Shown here piece by piece: positions 47,737-61,742 of a stretch of 64,000 nucleotides of DNA (position 1 is the stretch's first letter; each line of letters opens with the position of its first letter). Source of the stretch: Tubulanus polymorphus. Lineage: Eukaryota; Animalia; Nemertea. The translations under genes were made by a program, and so were the position numbers. The stretch covers positions 4,996,914 to 5,060,913 of the forward strand of contig NC_134034.1 in assembly GCF_964204645.1 (NCBI RefSeq), in the 5' to 3' direction. The notes beneath the pieces were generated by a model. That model had not been told where the DNA came from. It did no database searches and saw only the letters and a list, made by a program, of their open reading frames with translations.

Positions 47737-49976
47737 TGTTCGCAGCGCAGTTTTGTGTATTATCACATCGCAATACCTGTTTTATAATTTGTATTCACGA
47801 GAAGGACACTAGCCATGCCTGCTAGTGGTTTTCATACGTCTATGCAGCGGCATTCACAGTCACAGAGTGCAAGGCTACTGTTATAATTCTTTAACCGGCA
47901 CTATTTTTCAATGGAGATTAAATGGATTATATGGATGCACTTCTGTAATAGTATAAAGGCATGTACGACTTGAGAATTGTGAGAATAAATTCAGATTTCA
48001 GTAAAGCCACTAGTCTTCCTCCAACTTGTCGTTTATCGGTCGTTTTGCTGACGGAAGAAGAACTAGCAGCCAAGCTGAAAAAACTTCGCCGCACACGTGG
48101 GGCGGAGAAGGGCAGTTCACAAGGCAGTTTAAGAAAGCAGAAGACTTAATTGCTTTTGCAGCCGATCCACGGTCAACGAGGTATGCAAGACGTAATCGCC
48201 CTACTGCTAGAAGATAGTGATATTTAAGAAGCTGACGACTACACCGAAGAAGTTGAGAAGTAGCATAGAATAATTGCTCTCAAAGTCTTACAGATGCCAT
48301 CGATGCCATTGGTTCTATGGTTCCAGATAAAGAAGATGAATACGAGTCCGGAATTTCGCCACCGAAAGCAACATCACGTATGTCAATGCCTCATACGCCG
48401 CCTGGTGTTGTTAGATTGCCTCAGATGTCACCCGGTGGGAGTTTCATACCAAGAAAACCAATACCTGCACAGACGCCACCTCCGGTGCCTAGAGTAATGA
48501 CGTCGTACCAGCCAGCTGCACCGTCAAGCACGACTACTTTTGCAAAGTTAACACCCAAGCTGATGTTACCGGTTTTCAGAGGAGATTCATTGCAATGGCC
48601 GAGATGGTTTGATTTGTTTTGCTCAATTTATCGCCAAGATTCTCTAACAAACGACGAAAAAATGACTCATCTTCAAAATGCAGTTGAAGGTCCAGCAGAA
48701 AAGTTGATCGCGGGAATGCTTTATGATGGTCGTCTGTACAACCAAGCGTTAGAAGCACTGATAAGCCGTAATGGGAAAGAAGACGATGTAATACATGCAT
48801 GCTTTAGAGTCGTCTTTGACCAACCGCAGCAGAAAATTCTTGATGTAGCCGCTCAAAAATTACCTGGGAGCTGTTCATTCACAACGGTTATTACTCTGCA
48901 GACTCTGGGTTATCAAGGACACCTTTCCAGCGCCGAAAATCTACGACGTGCCATCCAGAAGTTGCCACTAGAACTTAAGCGTGACTGGGGGAAGCAAATC
49001 GTCGAAATAGAGAATAGAGCTGAACCTCTCACTCTTCTGCATTTTAATGACTGGCTATCGCTTCAACTTCGAATCCTGCTTAGCTACATCGATGTCCCAA
49101 AGTCAGAAGACCGTAAAAAGTCCACCTCGTCTAAGGCAGTTTTTCGTACTGGTATTGAAAGTGACAGCGCAGATGTATACTCGTTAGCTACAAGTTCATC
49201 ACCACTTACTAAAACTAGGGTATCACCACTTACTAAAACTAGGGTATGTCGAGTATGTCCGTGTTGTAGAGAAAACCATGAGCTGATGAAGTGTTCCATT
49301 TTCAAGAAAAAGTCGCCAGATGACCGGGCTAGATTTACCGCCGACAATGCCCTGTGTTTTTCCTGTCTCCATCGTGGTCACAGATCTCGTTTTTGCCGGC
49401 AGAAGAAGACTTGTTCCGCACAAGGGTGTACACAGAAACACCATCCGATGCTTCATGGTAGCAGCCGCATATATCCTCGAGAAGCCCCTCAAAAGATCCT
49501 CTCGATACGGATGCAGATGTTACTACCCAAAAAACTATTCACCTGGTTAAGAAACCATCAATACCTAGTGAAGAAGTACTACTTCAAGTTGTACCAGTCC
49601 GTCTCCATGGAAACGAAGGTTGTTTTGTCGACTCCTATGCGGTACTTGACCCTGGGTCTTAGACGTTGCTTTGTAGCAGTGCTATCGTCGACGGCAGTGG
49701 AAAATCATCGAAATTGGTTTGCATGGATGTTTGGAGATGTCTGTTAGAGGAAATTGATCAGTGTTGACGAGATGTGGTCTGTACCGAATTTGAAGATGAG
49801 AGTTACGCAAAGAAAAATCAAATCGAAGCTCGACTGGTCTCATCTCAAAGGTATCGACGTACCTAGTATCAGTATCTCTGAAGTTCAGGTGCTATTTGGA
49901 GCCGATGTCCGATGTTCAGATTTCAGTGAAGCCACTAGTCTTCCTCCAAGTTGTCGTTTATCGGTCGTTTTGCTGA
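47737..49976 (+). mobile_element. Internally deleted BEL/Pao LTR retrotransposon
   Basis: gag and protease remnants. 62-bp direct repeat at 47990-48051 and 49915-49976 (putative LTR 3' part), with TATAAA and AATAAA before the first copy. The left boundary is uncertain. Confidence 0.75.
48317..49913 (+). pseudogene. gag: BEL/Pao gag plus frameshifted aspartic protease
   Basis: LPVFRGDSLQWPRW (DUF1759-like); Cys-His knuckles CPCC...H....C, CFSC...H....C and C....C...HHPMLH. An alternate frame reads VLLQVVPV...YAVLDPGS*. Confidence 0.85.
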
Positions 49977-50282
49977 TAGATGCTCTGCAGTATTTGTAAA
50001 CAAATGCACCAGGAATCGCTGAACACCGCTGAGAACTGTGTCACTATAGTGTAGGCCTGTGTGCCCGCGTAATTGAAGTGTATGCACTACTGTTAGACGG
50101 TATAAGTGTGTACGGTCTACTACTTATCGGATGGAAAACCTGCTTATGAAACCAGGACGAAGCGTGAATTTCTTACTCGATCAAAATGTTTAAAACTTAC
50201 ACAGAAAAGAATTTGTTGATGAGTCTATAGCGAATCAGAAATTTGCCCCACAGAGATTAAACTGACCTCTCCACAAGGAGAA

Positions 50283-51546
50283 GTGGTTCCAGGACGACAG
50301 AACATTCCATCCAGGAATGTAGACCTGTGTTGGCACTGCAGAGCCCCGAACCACCCCGCGAGTCGATGTCCACAGGTCACATGCCACGAATGTGGGGCAC
50401 CGTATGCAAGATATAGTGTGCAAAGGGCGGGAAAAGGAGCTTCGGGTTACTCGGGGGCAGAGCAAACCCGATAAATTAGAGTGCCCCGAGTCCGTCAAAT
50501 ATGTCCCCACACACCGAAAGCATAGACCGGGGACAAGTCCAACTATAAGAGGCCAAGGCAGGTTCGAAGTAGTGAGTATGAGATATCTTGACACCCTGAA
50601 AATGGTTTACACCCAGATTACCTCACGACCCCGCGACAACCAGTTAACCTCCCAAATGTGGGAAACGTGACAAGTGGGACACCAGACAATGGTTTACACC
50701 CTGACCGCCTCACGGCTACTTCTGGTTATTGGTAATTCTCACTCCAAATATCTGCGTCCTAGACTCTTATTTGACGGCGTTCATACTACCATCAGAACGT
50801 TAGATTGTGGTAATAAGAATATTCTTGGCGCATATAAATTCCTGCAGACAGTAAACGCGAATAGGAACATTCACACGGTATTCCTACAAGTTATCGATAT
50901 TTCGTTAGCCGAACTGGACGTTGAAAGCTGCCAAACTCAGTTCGAGGAATTGCTTTCGTTATATGTCACCAAATTTCCGTGTGCAAAGTTATTTGTTGTG
51001 AAAGCATTACCTCGATCCATTTCATCGTCTGAGCAGGCGTCTGCCTATTCAACCAAACGCGACACATTCCATGACTATCTGCATAGTCTCGAGTGCATTA
51101 CTGTGAATTCACCGCAAGAACTTAGCGTAGTTACTCCACAATACTTCAATCGGGATGGCGTCCACCTTAACCGTAAAGGGAACGTCCTACTTGTCGATAT
51201 GTACCGCAATGCGCTTTCCGGGTTACCGGCATGTACCTCTACAACACCTTACTCTGTGAACAGTCAGATGAGAAATCCGCACAATTCGTCTGACTTTGGA
51301 AGCGGCATTGATCGTCAACACAAATCTGGCCAGAGAAATTCGCAAAATTCGTTTGTCGGAAGCGGCTTTAATCGTCAACAGCACAATTCGTCTGACTTTA
51401 GGAACGATTTTAATCGCTACCACGATTCCGGCCAGAGAAACCCGCACAGATCGTCTGTCGTTAGAAGCGACTTCAGTCGTCAACACGAATCCGACCAGTT
51501 TTTCGACAAATTCAGCAGACTCGTCAAACTCATCACGTCTGTTTAA
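50283..51546 (+). pseudogene. LINE ORF1: CCHC zinc knuckle(s) plus SGNH/GDSL esterase-like domain
   Basis: CWHCRAPNHPASRC; LLVIGNSH and RDGVHLN motifs; frameshifted. Confidence 0.75.
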
Positions 51547-51808
51547 ATATTATTGTAAACTGTAGTTGAACCGGCAATGCCTATCTTTGTATGTACATGT
51601 ATGTAGCTATGTATACCTCGTGCATGCGTGCATTGCATTTATGTACATTCATCGGTCAGGTTACACATTTTCTTTGTACTTAGACGTAAAATTTACTTCT
51701 AGTCTCAATTTTCTTTTGTCCACGCCTGCTATGTTATTACTCCTATATATCTATATATTTGTGTTTTTGTGTGTTTTCCATAATTTTGTCTCATTTATAG
51801 GTGCTACC

Positions 51809-54800
51809 ATGAACAATTTGTACTTCCACAAAAATAAGTTAAGCTTTGGCTTTTGGAATATTGATGGTGCCCACTCTAAAGTGGCGGGGGAGAGAACTAG
51901 TAAACTATGTTATCCGGATGTCAGGAGTTCCTTATCTAGATTTGACTTCTTCGGCCTTGTAGAAACACATTGCTCTCCCGAAGACACTCTTGAACTCCAA
52001 GGTTTCCATTCTTACTGTAAAATACGTCCGCGATCTATAAAAGCCAAACGTAATTATGGTGGTATTGCTCTTTTTTTAAGAATGAATTCAGGAGAGGTGT
52101 TAGTTTGATACAAACTGCTTCTAGTGAACTATTATGGGCCAAACTGAATAAGACTTTTTTCGGTCTTAAAACAGATGTCTACGTTTGCATTGTTTACGTT
52201 TGTCCAGTTAGCTCAGTAGTTAGTAAAAATCAGCCCGACCTATTTGAGACCCTGGAAAGTGACATTGCTGAGTTTTCACGCTCAGGAAAATGTCTTTTAT
52301 TGGGTGACTTCAATGCAAAAACTTCTACTGAGTCTGACTGTTGTGTAAAGGACATATCTTCCAATGCCGACATCTATAAATCTGTTTCCTGTCTTGGTGA
52401 TGTGGCCCTCCCCCGTTGTAACTCGGACTTACACGACGTCGACAAACACGGGAGACAACTCCTTGATCTGTGTATATCATCCGAGCTACGCCTGCTTAAT
52501 GGAAGATGTGTTGGTGACATTTCTGGTAACCACACATGCTTCAGGCACTCCTAGGACCATTGATTTTTCATTAGCCTCTCTTGCCCTGTTTGATAGTGTA
52601 GAATTATTTCATGTTAATAATCCCAATATATATTCTATTCATTGTATTTTATCAACTGTAATAAATATTGATTATAGACCAATGCATAGTATCTCCTCTA
52701 TACCGACCAATTGCTCTAATGCAAAAAATTCACCGAGAGCTTTGCTATGCAGAGAGGACTTCGATGATAACAATTTTATGCATGCGCTATCCTCACCTGT
52801 ATGTACTCAGACCTGATCCAAAAGTGTATTCGTAACTCTAATGATATGACTGTCACTGAGAATGTTTCAGAGTTCAATAACATAATGTTAAAAGCTGCTA
52901 AAATTGCTAAAATCAAACAGAAGAGATCATTTCACAAGGATTCTAAAAATTCTAAAACTGTTAACAGCAAGTCAAGTCAATCAACTTTCTCTAAAGGAAA
53001 AAATTGGTTTGACGATGAATGCAAGTCCTGCAAAAGAGACCTTGAACGACTGTGTCTTGCTATTCGTAAGAACCCTTTTGATCATAACTTACTTAATCAC
53101 TATCGAGGCAGGAGGAAAAAATGCAAATCACTCCTCAACCGAAAGCGAAGTCTTTTTAAAAATAATATCCTCTCTCAAATGGAATCTTTATATTGTAATA
53201 AACCTGAGGACTTTTGGGCTTTATTCGATAAGCTTAAAAACGTCGATAAAAGTAGTCCTAATAAGTCGGTATCCCGCGCTATTGGGGATGAAAAGTGGGT
53301 CAAGCACTTCTCTGATCTTCTGAACTCTACCTCTAATAAGTTATTCTCTTTAGAACAGGATAGGGCTTTTGATAAATTTATCTGTGAAAACAAGGACCTG
53401 ATCTTTAATGAATTGAACTATAAAATCTCTAGTGCAGAAATCTCTGAAGCTATCTCTAGGTTAAAATGTGGTAAAGCGGCTGGTTTGGACACGATCCTAA
53501 ATGAGATTCTCAAAGCTGGTCACTTACCTCTTCTGCCCATACTTGAACTTCTTTTTAACAAAATCTTATCTAGCGGATGCTACCCTGATTTATGGAGAAG
53601 CAATATTATTTCCCCTGTTTTCAAAAAGGGTAGCAAGCTTGATCCTCAAAACTACAGAGGTATTGCCATAGGCAGTAACTTGAATAAACTATTTTGTAAT
53701 GTTTTGAATAATAGATTGTATAAATTCTCTTGTAACCATAACCTTGTACCGATGAATCAGATAGGTTACCAAAAAAGATCACGCACTGCTGATCACATAC
53801 TCACACTTAAATGCATCATTGACTAATTTGCCAGCAAACTGTCTAAGGCACATATTTATTGTTGCTTTGTTGACTTTTAATCTGTGTTTGATACAGTTCA
53901 CCGCAAAGCCCTAATATATAAACTTTTAAACCTTGGGATAGGGGGAACTTCTTATGTATTATTCAGAATATGTATTCACAAGTGTCGTATGTAGTTAAAA
54001 CCAAGGACGGGTATAGCAATAATATTTCATCCAAAATTAGAGTTAAACAGGGTTGTGTCCTCAGCCCTCTCCTCTTTAACCTATTTCTACATGATTTACC
54101 CTTGGCTTTTAATGACTGTGACCCTGTTTCTATTAATGATTATATTGTATCTTGCTTATTATATGCTGATGATCTCATCCTTATGTCTAAGTCCGCATCC
54201 GGTCTTCAGAAGGCTCTAGACAATCTAGTCACCTACTGAAGAAAATGGGGCCTAACAGTGAACCTGAATAAAACTAAGATTGTAATGAGTAAGGAGGAAA
54301 ACTCCTTAATAATCACACTTTTTACTATGATGGTTTGATGATTAAAATTGTTCGTAAGTATTGCTACTTGGGTATATTATTTTCAGCCTCTGGTAAATTT
54401 AAAAATGCCTGTCAAAGGCTTCTAGATCATGCAAAAAAGGCTATGTTTTAATTAAAGTCTATCAATGTTAGAAACAATACTACTATCGCTTACAAACTTT
54501 TTGACAGTCTTATTGCACCTATCATGTTATATTGTGCTGAAGTTTGGGGTGTCAGCTATGTGGATGGCATAAGCTCAACCAATTTGTATAATGTTTGTGA
54601 ATCAATCCCAGCTGAAAGGTTGATGCTGAGGTTTGCAATGTATTTGATGGGAGTAAAAAACAATCGTCAAATGCCGCAGTTAGAGGTGAACTAGGCCAAT
54701 TCCCAATTCTCATCAGAATCATTCCCACTATTTTACGTTACTGGAACTATATATGTAAAAAAGATAAATCTAGCCTTATTCATAAAGCATATATTGACAC

Positions 54801-55130
54801 CCTCATATCTAATCAACCTTTCAGCTGGGGTAAATCTATTGCTACCTCTCTATGTCACATCAATTTTAGCTGTCTCTGGGAAAACCAAGGCTCTCTGTGT
54901 ATCAATAAGTCTATCAAATCTCTCTCTCTTATTGTCAAGAACCAATATTCTAAAGAATGGCTAGCTTATATAAATGATTCTTCTAGTAATCCTCTTTTAA
55001 GATCCTACAAATTATTTTCTAACAAATTTTGCCATGGACAATTACTAATATCTTATAACTATTTCTGCAGGCGGGAATTTACCAAAATAAGAGTCAGCTC
55101 TCACAAACTATCAATTGAAACTGGGAGGCA
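51809..55130 (+). pseudogene. LINE ORF2: AP endonuclease plus reverse transcriptase
   Basis: WNIDG, LVETH, GDFNA, TIDF (APE); NYRGI, KQGCVLSPLLFN, LLYADD, YLGI (RT); several stops and frameshifts. Confidence 0.92.
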
Positions 55131-55282
55131 AGTAATAGGGAATAAGTTGTTTCATACCAAAGGTCGAAGGGTCGAGCTCATAAAAAATAAAAAATAAATT
55201 CTCGCAAACTCGAATTTATTTTTTATTTTTTACTCACTCGCCCCTTCAACCTTTGATATGAAACAACTTATTCCCTATTACT
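55131..55282. repeat. 152-bp imperfect terminal palindrome of element 2
   Basis: AGTAATAGGGAATAAGTTGTTTCATA ... TATGAAACAACTTATTCCCTATTACT. Confidence 0.92.
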
Positions 55283-55361
55283 CTTAAAATATTCATATAT
55301 ATGAATAAAATATAAATGAATAACTTCTAAAATCAATTTTAATAAAAAATTTAGTATTAAA

Positions 55362-58300
55362 ATGGAAGCAAATAAGTACTACTGCCCAACATGTAATATC
55401 AATATAGATAAATCCCAAAAAGCAAGACACAATAAAACTAAAACACATTTAGAGAATAAATTGAAACTAGAATATAAAGATGATATATTAGAAACTAAAT
55501 TAGATGAATTAAAGAATGAAAAAGAAACATACAAATGTGATACATGTAATCAATCATTCAGTGATAAAAGATATTATAAAGAACATTTAAAATCTAAAAG
55601 TCATATTAGAAATATGAATAATGATATTTTAGGTGAAGATTATTTGGATAATGACAATGATAAGAAACAGAAGACAATTAAAAGCATAAAAAATAAATTA
55701 AACAATAAAAGACCATACATGGAAGATGTAAGAAAATATATTAATTCATTAGATAATAAAAAAGATATAGAGATAACCGAAGCATTTAAAAGTGATATTG
55801 GCCCAGCAGCTATCGAGTTTAAATTTCATAAAGGAAAAACATTAGAAGAAAATAAAAAACATTTAGAAAATATGAAAGAAATAATAAAAATAATAACTGA
55901 TGTTGAATATCCTAAAATTAGTATATCAGAGAAATATTTTGAAAGATCAGGTTTAATATTCGATGAAATAATATTTATGACTTTACATGTTTATAACACA
56001 AAATATAATAAGTTAACTAAATCAAAACCAATTGATGAAAATAATGTATCATATTATAAAGAACCAGATATTGAAGCATCAAGTTATATTAAACTACCAC
56101 TTAAAACTAATGCCGTAATAAATGTACAAAATGAAGATGATAAATGTTTTCTATGGACAATTATAAGTTGCTTACATCCAACAGAAGATATTACACATAG
56201 TTTTAGATTAACTCATTATAAACCATTTGAAAATAATTATAAGATAGATAAGTATCCTGTTATAATTAGAAACATCCCAAAAATAGAAAGAGATAATAAT
56301 TTAAGAATAAATGTATTTGATTTAATCAAATTACCAAATACAAAAGGTAACAATATAAAACATTATACATTAGAACCTTTATACCTATCAAAAGATTATG
56401 ATTCAAACGATGTTATAGATACATTATATTATGAGAATCATTATATGTGGATTAAACAAATCGATTTATTCTTTAAATCAGAAAATGATTTTGATAATAA
56501 AATATATCTATGTAGAAAATGTTTACATAAATTCAGAACTGAAAGTGCATTATTAAATCATAAACAATTATGAGAAAATCATGATTATTGTAAATTAGTT
56601 TTACCAAATGAAAATGATAAGATATTAGAATTCAAAAAATATGATTACAAAAATAAGGTACCATTTGTTATATATGGAGATTTTGAATCATTAAATAAAG
56701 AATTAACTGATCAAGATAGAAAAGAAATATATTATAAAAGAAAGAAATTAAATTCTAATGAAGATGATTTTTCAGATGAACCACCAAAAACAAATACTAT
56801 TAAAAAGATTCATCAATCAGCTGAAGAAAGAATTTGCGTTTGCAGATAAATGTTATTATTGTGAAAAGATATTTAATTTTAGAGATAAAAAAGTAAGAGA
56901 CCATGATCATTTGAATGGAAAGTTTAGAGGCGCCGCGCATGAGAATTGTAATTTACAAGCTAAGAAAATTAATTTTGTACCAGTTATATTTCATAATCTA
57001 TCAGGATATGATGCACATTTATTTATCAAACAGTTATGTCATAAAATAGAAGAAATTAATAATGAAATAGAAAGATTAAATTCAAATAGATCAAAAGATA
57101 AAATACCAACTTATAAATTTAGAATGTTAGCTAAAACATCTGAGAATTATTTATCTTTCCAATTTGGGTGCTTAAGATTTTTAGATTCATATAGATTTTT
57201 AAATAGTTCATTAGATAATTTATCAAAATCATTAGTTGATGATGAATTAAAAATATTAAAACAACACTATCCAAATAATGATGATTTCCAATTAATGAGA
57301 TATAAAGGAGCAATTCCATATTCATTTTATAAATCACATAATGATTTCAATATAACTGAATTATTGAAAGAACAATTCTATGATGAATTGAAAAATGAAT
57401 ATGTTAAAGATGAAGTCTATAATAGAACATTGAATATTTGGAATCATTTCGAAATAGAAAATCATGGGCAATTAGTAGATTTATATTTAAAATCAGATGT
57501 ATTATTATTAACCGATTTATTCGAAAGGTTTAGAGATGTTAACCTAAAATATTTCAATATTGATCCATGTCATTGTTATTCTAGTCCAGGATTAACATGG
57601 GATTGTGGATTAAAATTTACAGATATAAAAATGAATTTGTTAACAAATATAGATCAATTACTATTATTTGAAAAATCTATAAGAGGAGGAGTTTCAGGTG
57701 TATTAGGGGATAGATATTTCAATGTAAATGATAACCCTGGATATAAGTTATTATATATAGATGCAAATAATTTGTATGGTTGGGCAATGCTGGAACCACA
57801 ACCTTATGGAGTATTTGAAATAAGTGAAGTTTTACAGAATGAAAATAATGATAAATTTGATTGGAAGAAAAGAATTCTAGATATTGCAGATGATTCAGAT
57901 ACTGGTTACTTTTTTGTTGTAGATTTAGAATATCCTGAACATATTAAATTTAAATCTAGAAATCTAGCTTACTGTCCCGAACATAAAACTGTAACTCATG
58001 AAGAATTATCAAATTACCAAAAAAGAATTAAACCCGAAAATCATATTCATACAGAAAAGTTAATGGTAACTCAAGAAGATAAATATAATTATGTAGTACA
58101 TTATAGAATGTTAAAGTTTTATTTGAATCAAGGAATGATCCTAAAAAAAGTACATAGATATATTTCATTTAGTCAATCTAAGTGGTTAGAAAAATATATA
58201 GATTTTAACACCAAACAGAGAACTGAAGCTAAAACTGATTTCGAAAAAGATTTCTTCAAACTAATGAATAATGCATTCTATGGTAAGACTTGTGAAAATA

Positions 58301-59093
58301 TTAGAAATAGAAATGATATTGAGTTAGTTAGTAATGGTAAAAGAATTAGACATTTACAAACATATCCTAAGTTCATTGGTAACAGAATATTTGATGAAAA
58401 TTTAGCTGCAGTTAAGATGAGAAGAACATCAATGAAATTTAATAAACCAATCTATGTTGGCGCCTCAGTTTTAGAATTATCAAAATTACTTATGTATGAA
58501 TTCTATTATAATGTATTACAACCACTTTTTGGAGAAAAACATATAGAAATATTATATTTTGATACTGACAGTTACATATTAAAGATAAAAACTGATAACA
58601 TAACTGATGATTTAAAAACATTAAAACATCATTTTGATTTCAGTAATTATCCTAAAGATCATGAATTGTTTAGCAATGATAATAAAAAAGTTCCCGGTAA
58701 ATTCAAAGATGAATTGGGTGGTGAAGAAATGATTGAATTCATTGGTATTAGATCTAAAATGTATTCATATAAAACTAAAGAACATGAATCTAAAAAGTTA
58801 AAAGGAATTACCAAAAGTGTAGTAGAAAAGAATATTCATTTCAAAGATTACATCATTTGTATATTCAAAGAAGAAGTTAGAAAACATAAATGAGATGTTT
58901 AAGATCTGAAGATCATGAAATGTTTATTGAAGAAATTGAAAAGATAAGTCTAAACCCATTTGATGATAAAAGATATATTCTGGATGATGGAATTCATACA
59001 GTTGCTTATGGTTTCAATTTAGATGAATACTTTAAATTTAAAAGAGAAGAAACAAAAGAGAACGAGATAATGAAAAGAATTCTAACGTGTTAA
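55362..59093 (+). pseudogene. polB: pPolB of element 2 (deletions, stop, frameshifts)
   Basis: Same motifs as element 1. In-frame deletion near 55926, TGA at 56571-56573, deletion/frameshift near 56823, frameshift near 58890. Confidence 0.95.
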
Positions 59094-59122
59094 TCAAATT
59101 TTAATAAAAATATCTATTATAA

Positions 59123-59476
59123 ATGGAGAGTAAACAAACACACAGTGAGAACAACAAATTATTTCTAGATAGAATTAAAGATATAACAAATGTAAAATCT
59201 GTAGATTATAAATTCAAAAAGTTAACAGAATTAACAATCCATAAGAAATATCTAATTACAAATATTGATACAGTTACTAATAACTATGGAGATAAATTAG
59301 TTATACACTTAGAATATGACGGATTAAAAGGAAATACATATAAATTCAGAACATATTTACCAGATAGATTTCATAGATTATCAAGTGAAGATTTAGAAGA
59401 ATTATGTTCTGGAGATTTCTATTTCGTATATAAGGGTAAGAATGAGAAAGGGCACCATGAAATAGATTTCGAATAA
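59123..59476 (+). CDS. Homolog of 42544-42885 (possible SSB)
   Basis: Near-identical protein, intact. Confidence 0.75.
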   Translation: MESKQTHSENNKLFLDRIKDITNVKSVDYKFKKLTELTIHKKYLITNIDTVTNNYGDKLVIHLEYDGLKGNTYKFRTYLPDRFHRLSSEDLEELCSGDFYFVYKGKNEKGHHEIDFE

Positions 59477-59493
59477 GAAAATATGTAAAATAA

Positions 59494-60249
59494 ATGGCGG
59501 AATTAAAAGAATACAGAATATTTATTGATTCTAGAAGACTTACAAATTATAAATCACATAATTTACTAGTTCAATTAGATAGAGAATTTAAGAATTGTGT
59601 AGATTTAAAATTAGTTAATATAAGTTTATGTAATTCTTTTTACAATGTATCGGATAAAACTTTTGAACATAGAGGGTTTATGATTTATATGAGAAATAAA
59701 GATAAATAGTTTCATATATTTTTAAAACCAGGATTATAAAATTTAGAATCATTAGCGCAGGAAATTAATAGAAGAGCTCGGTTGAAAATCGGGGGCACTT
59801 CTGTATTTGAAATTAAATTTAATAAAATTGATAGTACTGATAAAATAAGAATAAAGATATCTAATGAACAACATAAATTTATGGTAAACAAACCACTGGC
59901 TAAAATATTAGGAATTAAACCTCTTACAGTTACTGGAAACGCAGAAGGCAGCTCAAATATAATACCTTTTACACACTTTAATATTTATTGCAATTTAATC
60001 GAGCCTACAAAAACTTTCGAAGCAACCAAAGAAACAATTTGTAGTTCTAGTACACTAAATATTTTACCGCTAAAAAATGTTAAACAATTTGGAACTCAAA
60101 TAAATTATAATTTAACAGAATGTGATTTTAAACCTTGCATTCCTAAATTTAATAATTTTAAATTAGAAATAAGAAATCATAATGGTTATTTAATTTATTT
60201 GAATAACTTTCCTGTAATTTATGAATTAGTTATAAGATGTAAAGAGTAA
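59494..60249 (+). pseudogene. Penton-like minor capsid gene with in-frame stops
   Basis: Collinear with 41768-42526; TAG at 59707-59709 and TAA near 59737. Confidence 0.8.
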
Positions 60250-60266
60250 TTTTTTTCACTATATAA

Positions 60267-60626
60267 ATGAATATAACTGTTGGACCGAGTATATGTTTTG
60301 GGTTTGATTTTAAACATGAGAAAGAAATGAAATTTAACATTAATGATGTAATTACACATATCAAAAATATTGTATTTTCTAATGAAACAATATTTGAGTA
60401 TGAAACAACAATAGATAAAGAAACTTTAAATGTAGAAAAGATTACTAATTTAATTAGAGAATCTTTAAGATTTTATGAATTAGATGAAAATTTTATCATA
60501 GATGATATTAGAAACATATTATCCAAAATATATGATAATCATAAAAGTAGTAATGAAATAAATGTTGAATTAATCATCACTAAGATAACTAAATATTTTG
60601 AAGATAGTAATTTTTTTGATAAATAA
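60267..60626 (+). CDS. Homolog of 41409-41750
   Basis: Conserved N- and C-termini, divergent middle. Confidence 0.78.
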   Translation: MNITVGPSICFGFDFKHEKEMKFNINDVITHIKNIVFSNETIFEYETTIDKETLNVEKITNLIRESLRFYELDENFIIDDIRNILSKIYDNHKSSNEINVELIITKITKYFEDSNFFDK

Positions 60627-60848
60627 ATGAGTGATAATAAGTGGATAATAACTGGATTATATAATGGCGCCTTACTATCAGTTGGAACTGTTGGTTATTC
60701 AATGGTATTAAAAAAAGTATTTAAAATGGGAAGTGTTAATGTTGATAGATTTGATATAAATGATATTTTAAAATTAACATTAGCAGTTACTTTATCTAAA
60801 TTAACTATTGATTATTTGGAAAAACAAAAATATATTCCTCCCATATAA
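60627..60848 (+). CDS. 73-aa hydrophobic protein
   Basis: Homolog of 41187-41408. Confidence 0.8.
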   Translation: MSDNKWIITGLYNGALLSVGTVGYSMVLKKVFKMGSVNVDRFDINDILKLTLAVTLSKLTIDYLEKQKYIPPI

Positions 60849-60872
60849 ATACATAATTTTTTTGCTAAATAA

Positions 60873-61295
60873 ATGGCTTCTGCAATTATAACTATTATAG
60901 GATCGGCAATTGTTAACGCTTTGGCATTTACTGGTGGTGGTTATTTATTTAAGCATTTTGATAAAAATAGTTCATTAGGAGAACAAAGAAGACATAATTT
61001 AGCGTTAGAAAAATTAAATAAAGCAGAGGAAGAATATAGAGAAAAGAGACAAAACTATATGGATTATATTAACAAAGAATTATATGATCAGAAGATTTCA
61101 CATAGAGATTTTCAATCAGTTGATGATGCAATGAGTTTATATAACGCGGTAACAAGTAAAGAAAAATTGCATCTATACAAACCTAAATTATCAGATTATT
61201 ATACCCCAAGTAAAGAACAACAGAAATATGAAATAATTTGGATTTTAGGTGGAACTGTTATTGTTATATTTGTAGCGTATAAGTTTACTAATTAG
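60873..61295 (+). CDS. 140-aa membrane protein (N-terminal hydrophobic helix, coiled coil, C-terminal TM)
   Basis: Intact; MASAIITIIGSAIVNALAFTGGG...IIWILGGTVIVIFVAY. Confidence 0.8.
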   Translation: MASAIITIIGSAIVNALAFTGGGYLFKHFDKNSSLGEQRRHNLALEKLNKAEEEYREKRQNYMDYINKELYDQKISHRDFQSVDDAMSLYNAVTSKEKLHLYKPKLSDYYTPSKEQQKYEIIWILGGTVIVIFVAYKFTN

Positions 61296-61315
61296 TAATT
61301 TTTTTTGCTATATAA

Positions 61316-61711
61316 ATGGAAGATAAAGTTGATAATATTGATATTATTCCTCATGATATAAATAAAACTAAATTAAAAACATATTTAGAAAAACAAATAT
61401 TAGAATTTGAAAGTGACTTAAAGATAAAAAAGATAAAATATTTAAAAAGTAAAATTATATTTTATTTGATTATAAGTGGTTCAGTTACAATTAGTTCTGT
61501 AATAACATTTCTAGCAATATTCAGTCCATTAACACCTTTAGCTATATCAATTGGCGTAACCGGTATAAGTTCAAAATTAAATATAAAAAGTAATAAAGAA
61601 AAAATTAAAACTAATATAAAACAAATTAATAAATTAAAAAATACACTAGATTATATAATAAGTTTTAATGGTCATATAACAGTTGAAGAACAAGATAAAT
61701 TATTAAAATAA
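61316..61711 (+). pseudogene. Homolog of the two-TM protein, with a short in-frame deletion and a premature stop
   Basis: Lacks LGLSSSVL and the last five residues relative to 40285-40719. Confidence 0.7.
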
Positions 61712-61742
61712 TTAATAAATTATTAATTTTTTAATTAAATAA

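Larger units (their letters stand above)
49978..55130 (+). mobile_element. Decayed non-LTR retrotransposon (LINE; esterase-type ORF1, possibly RTE-X-like) interrupted at its 3' end by Polinton element 2
   Basis: ORF1 with CCHC knuckle and SGNH motifs; ORF2 with APE and RT motifs; cut off right after HKLSIETGR. Confidence 0.88.
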
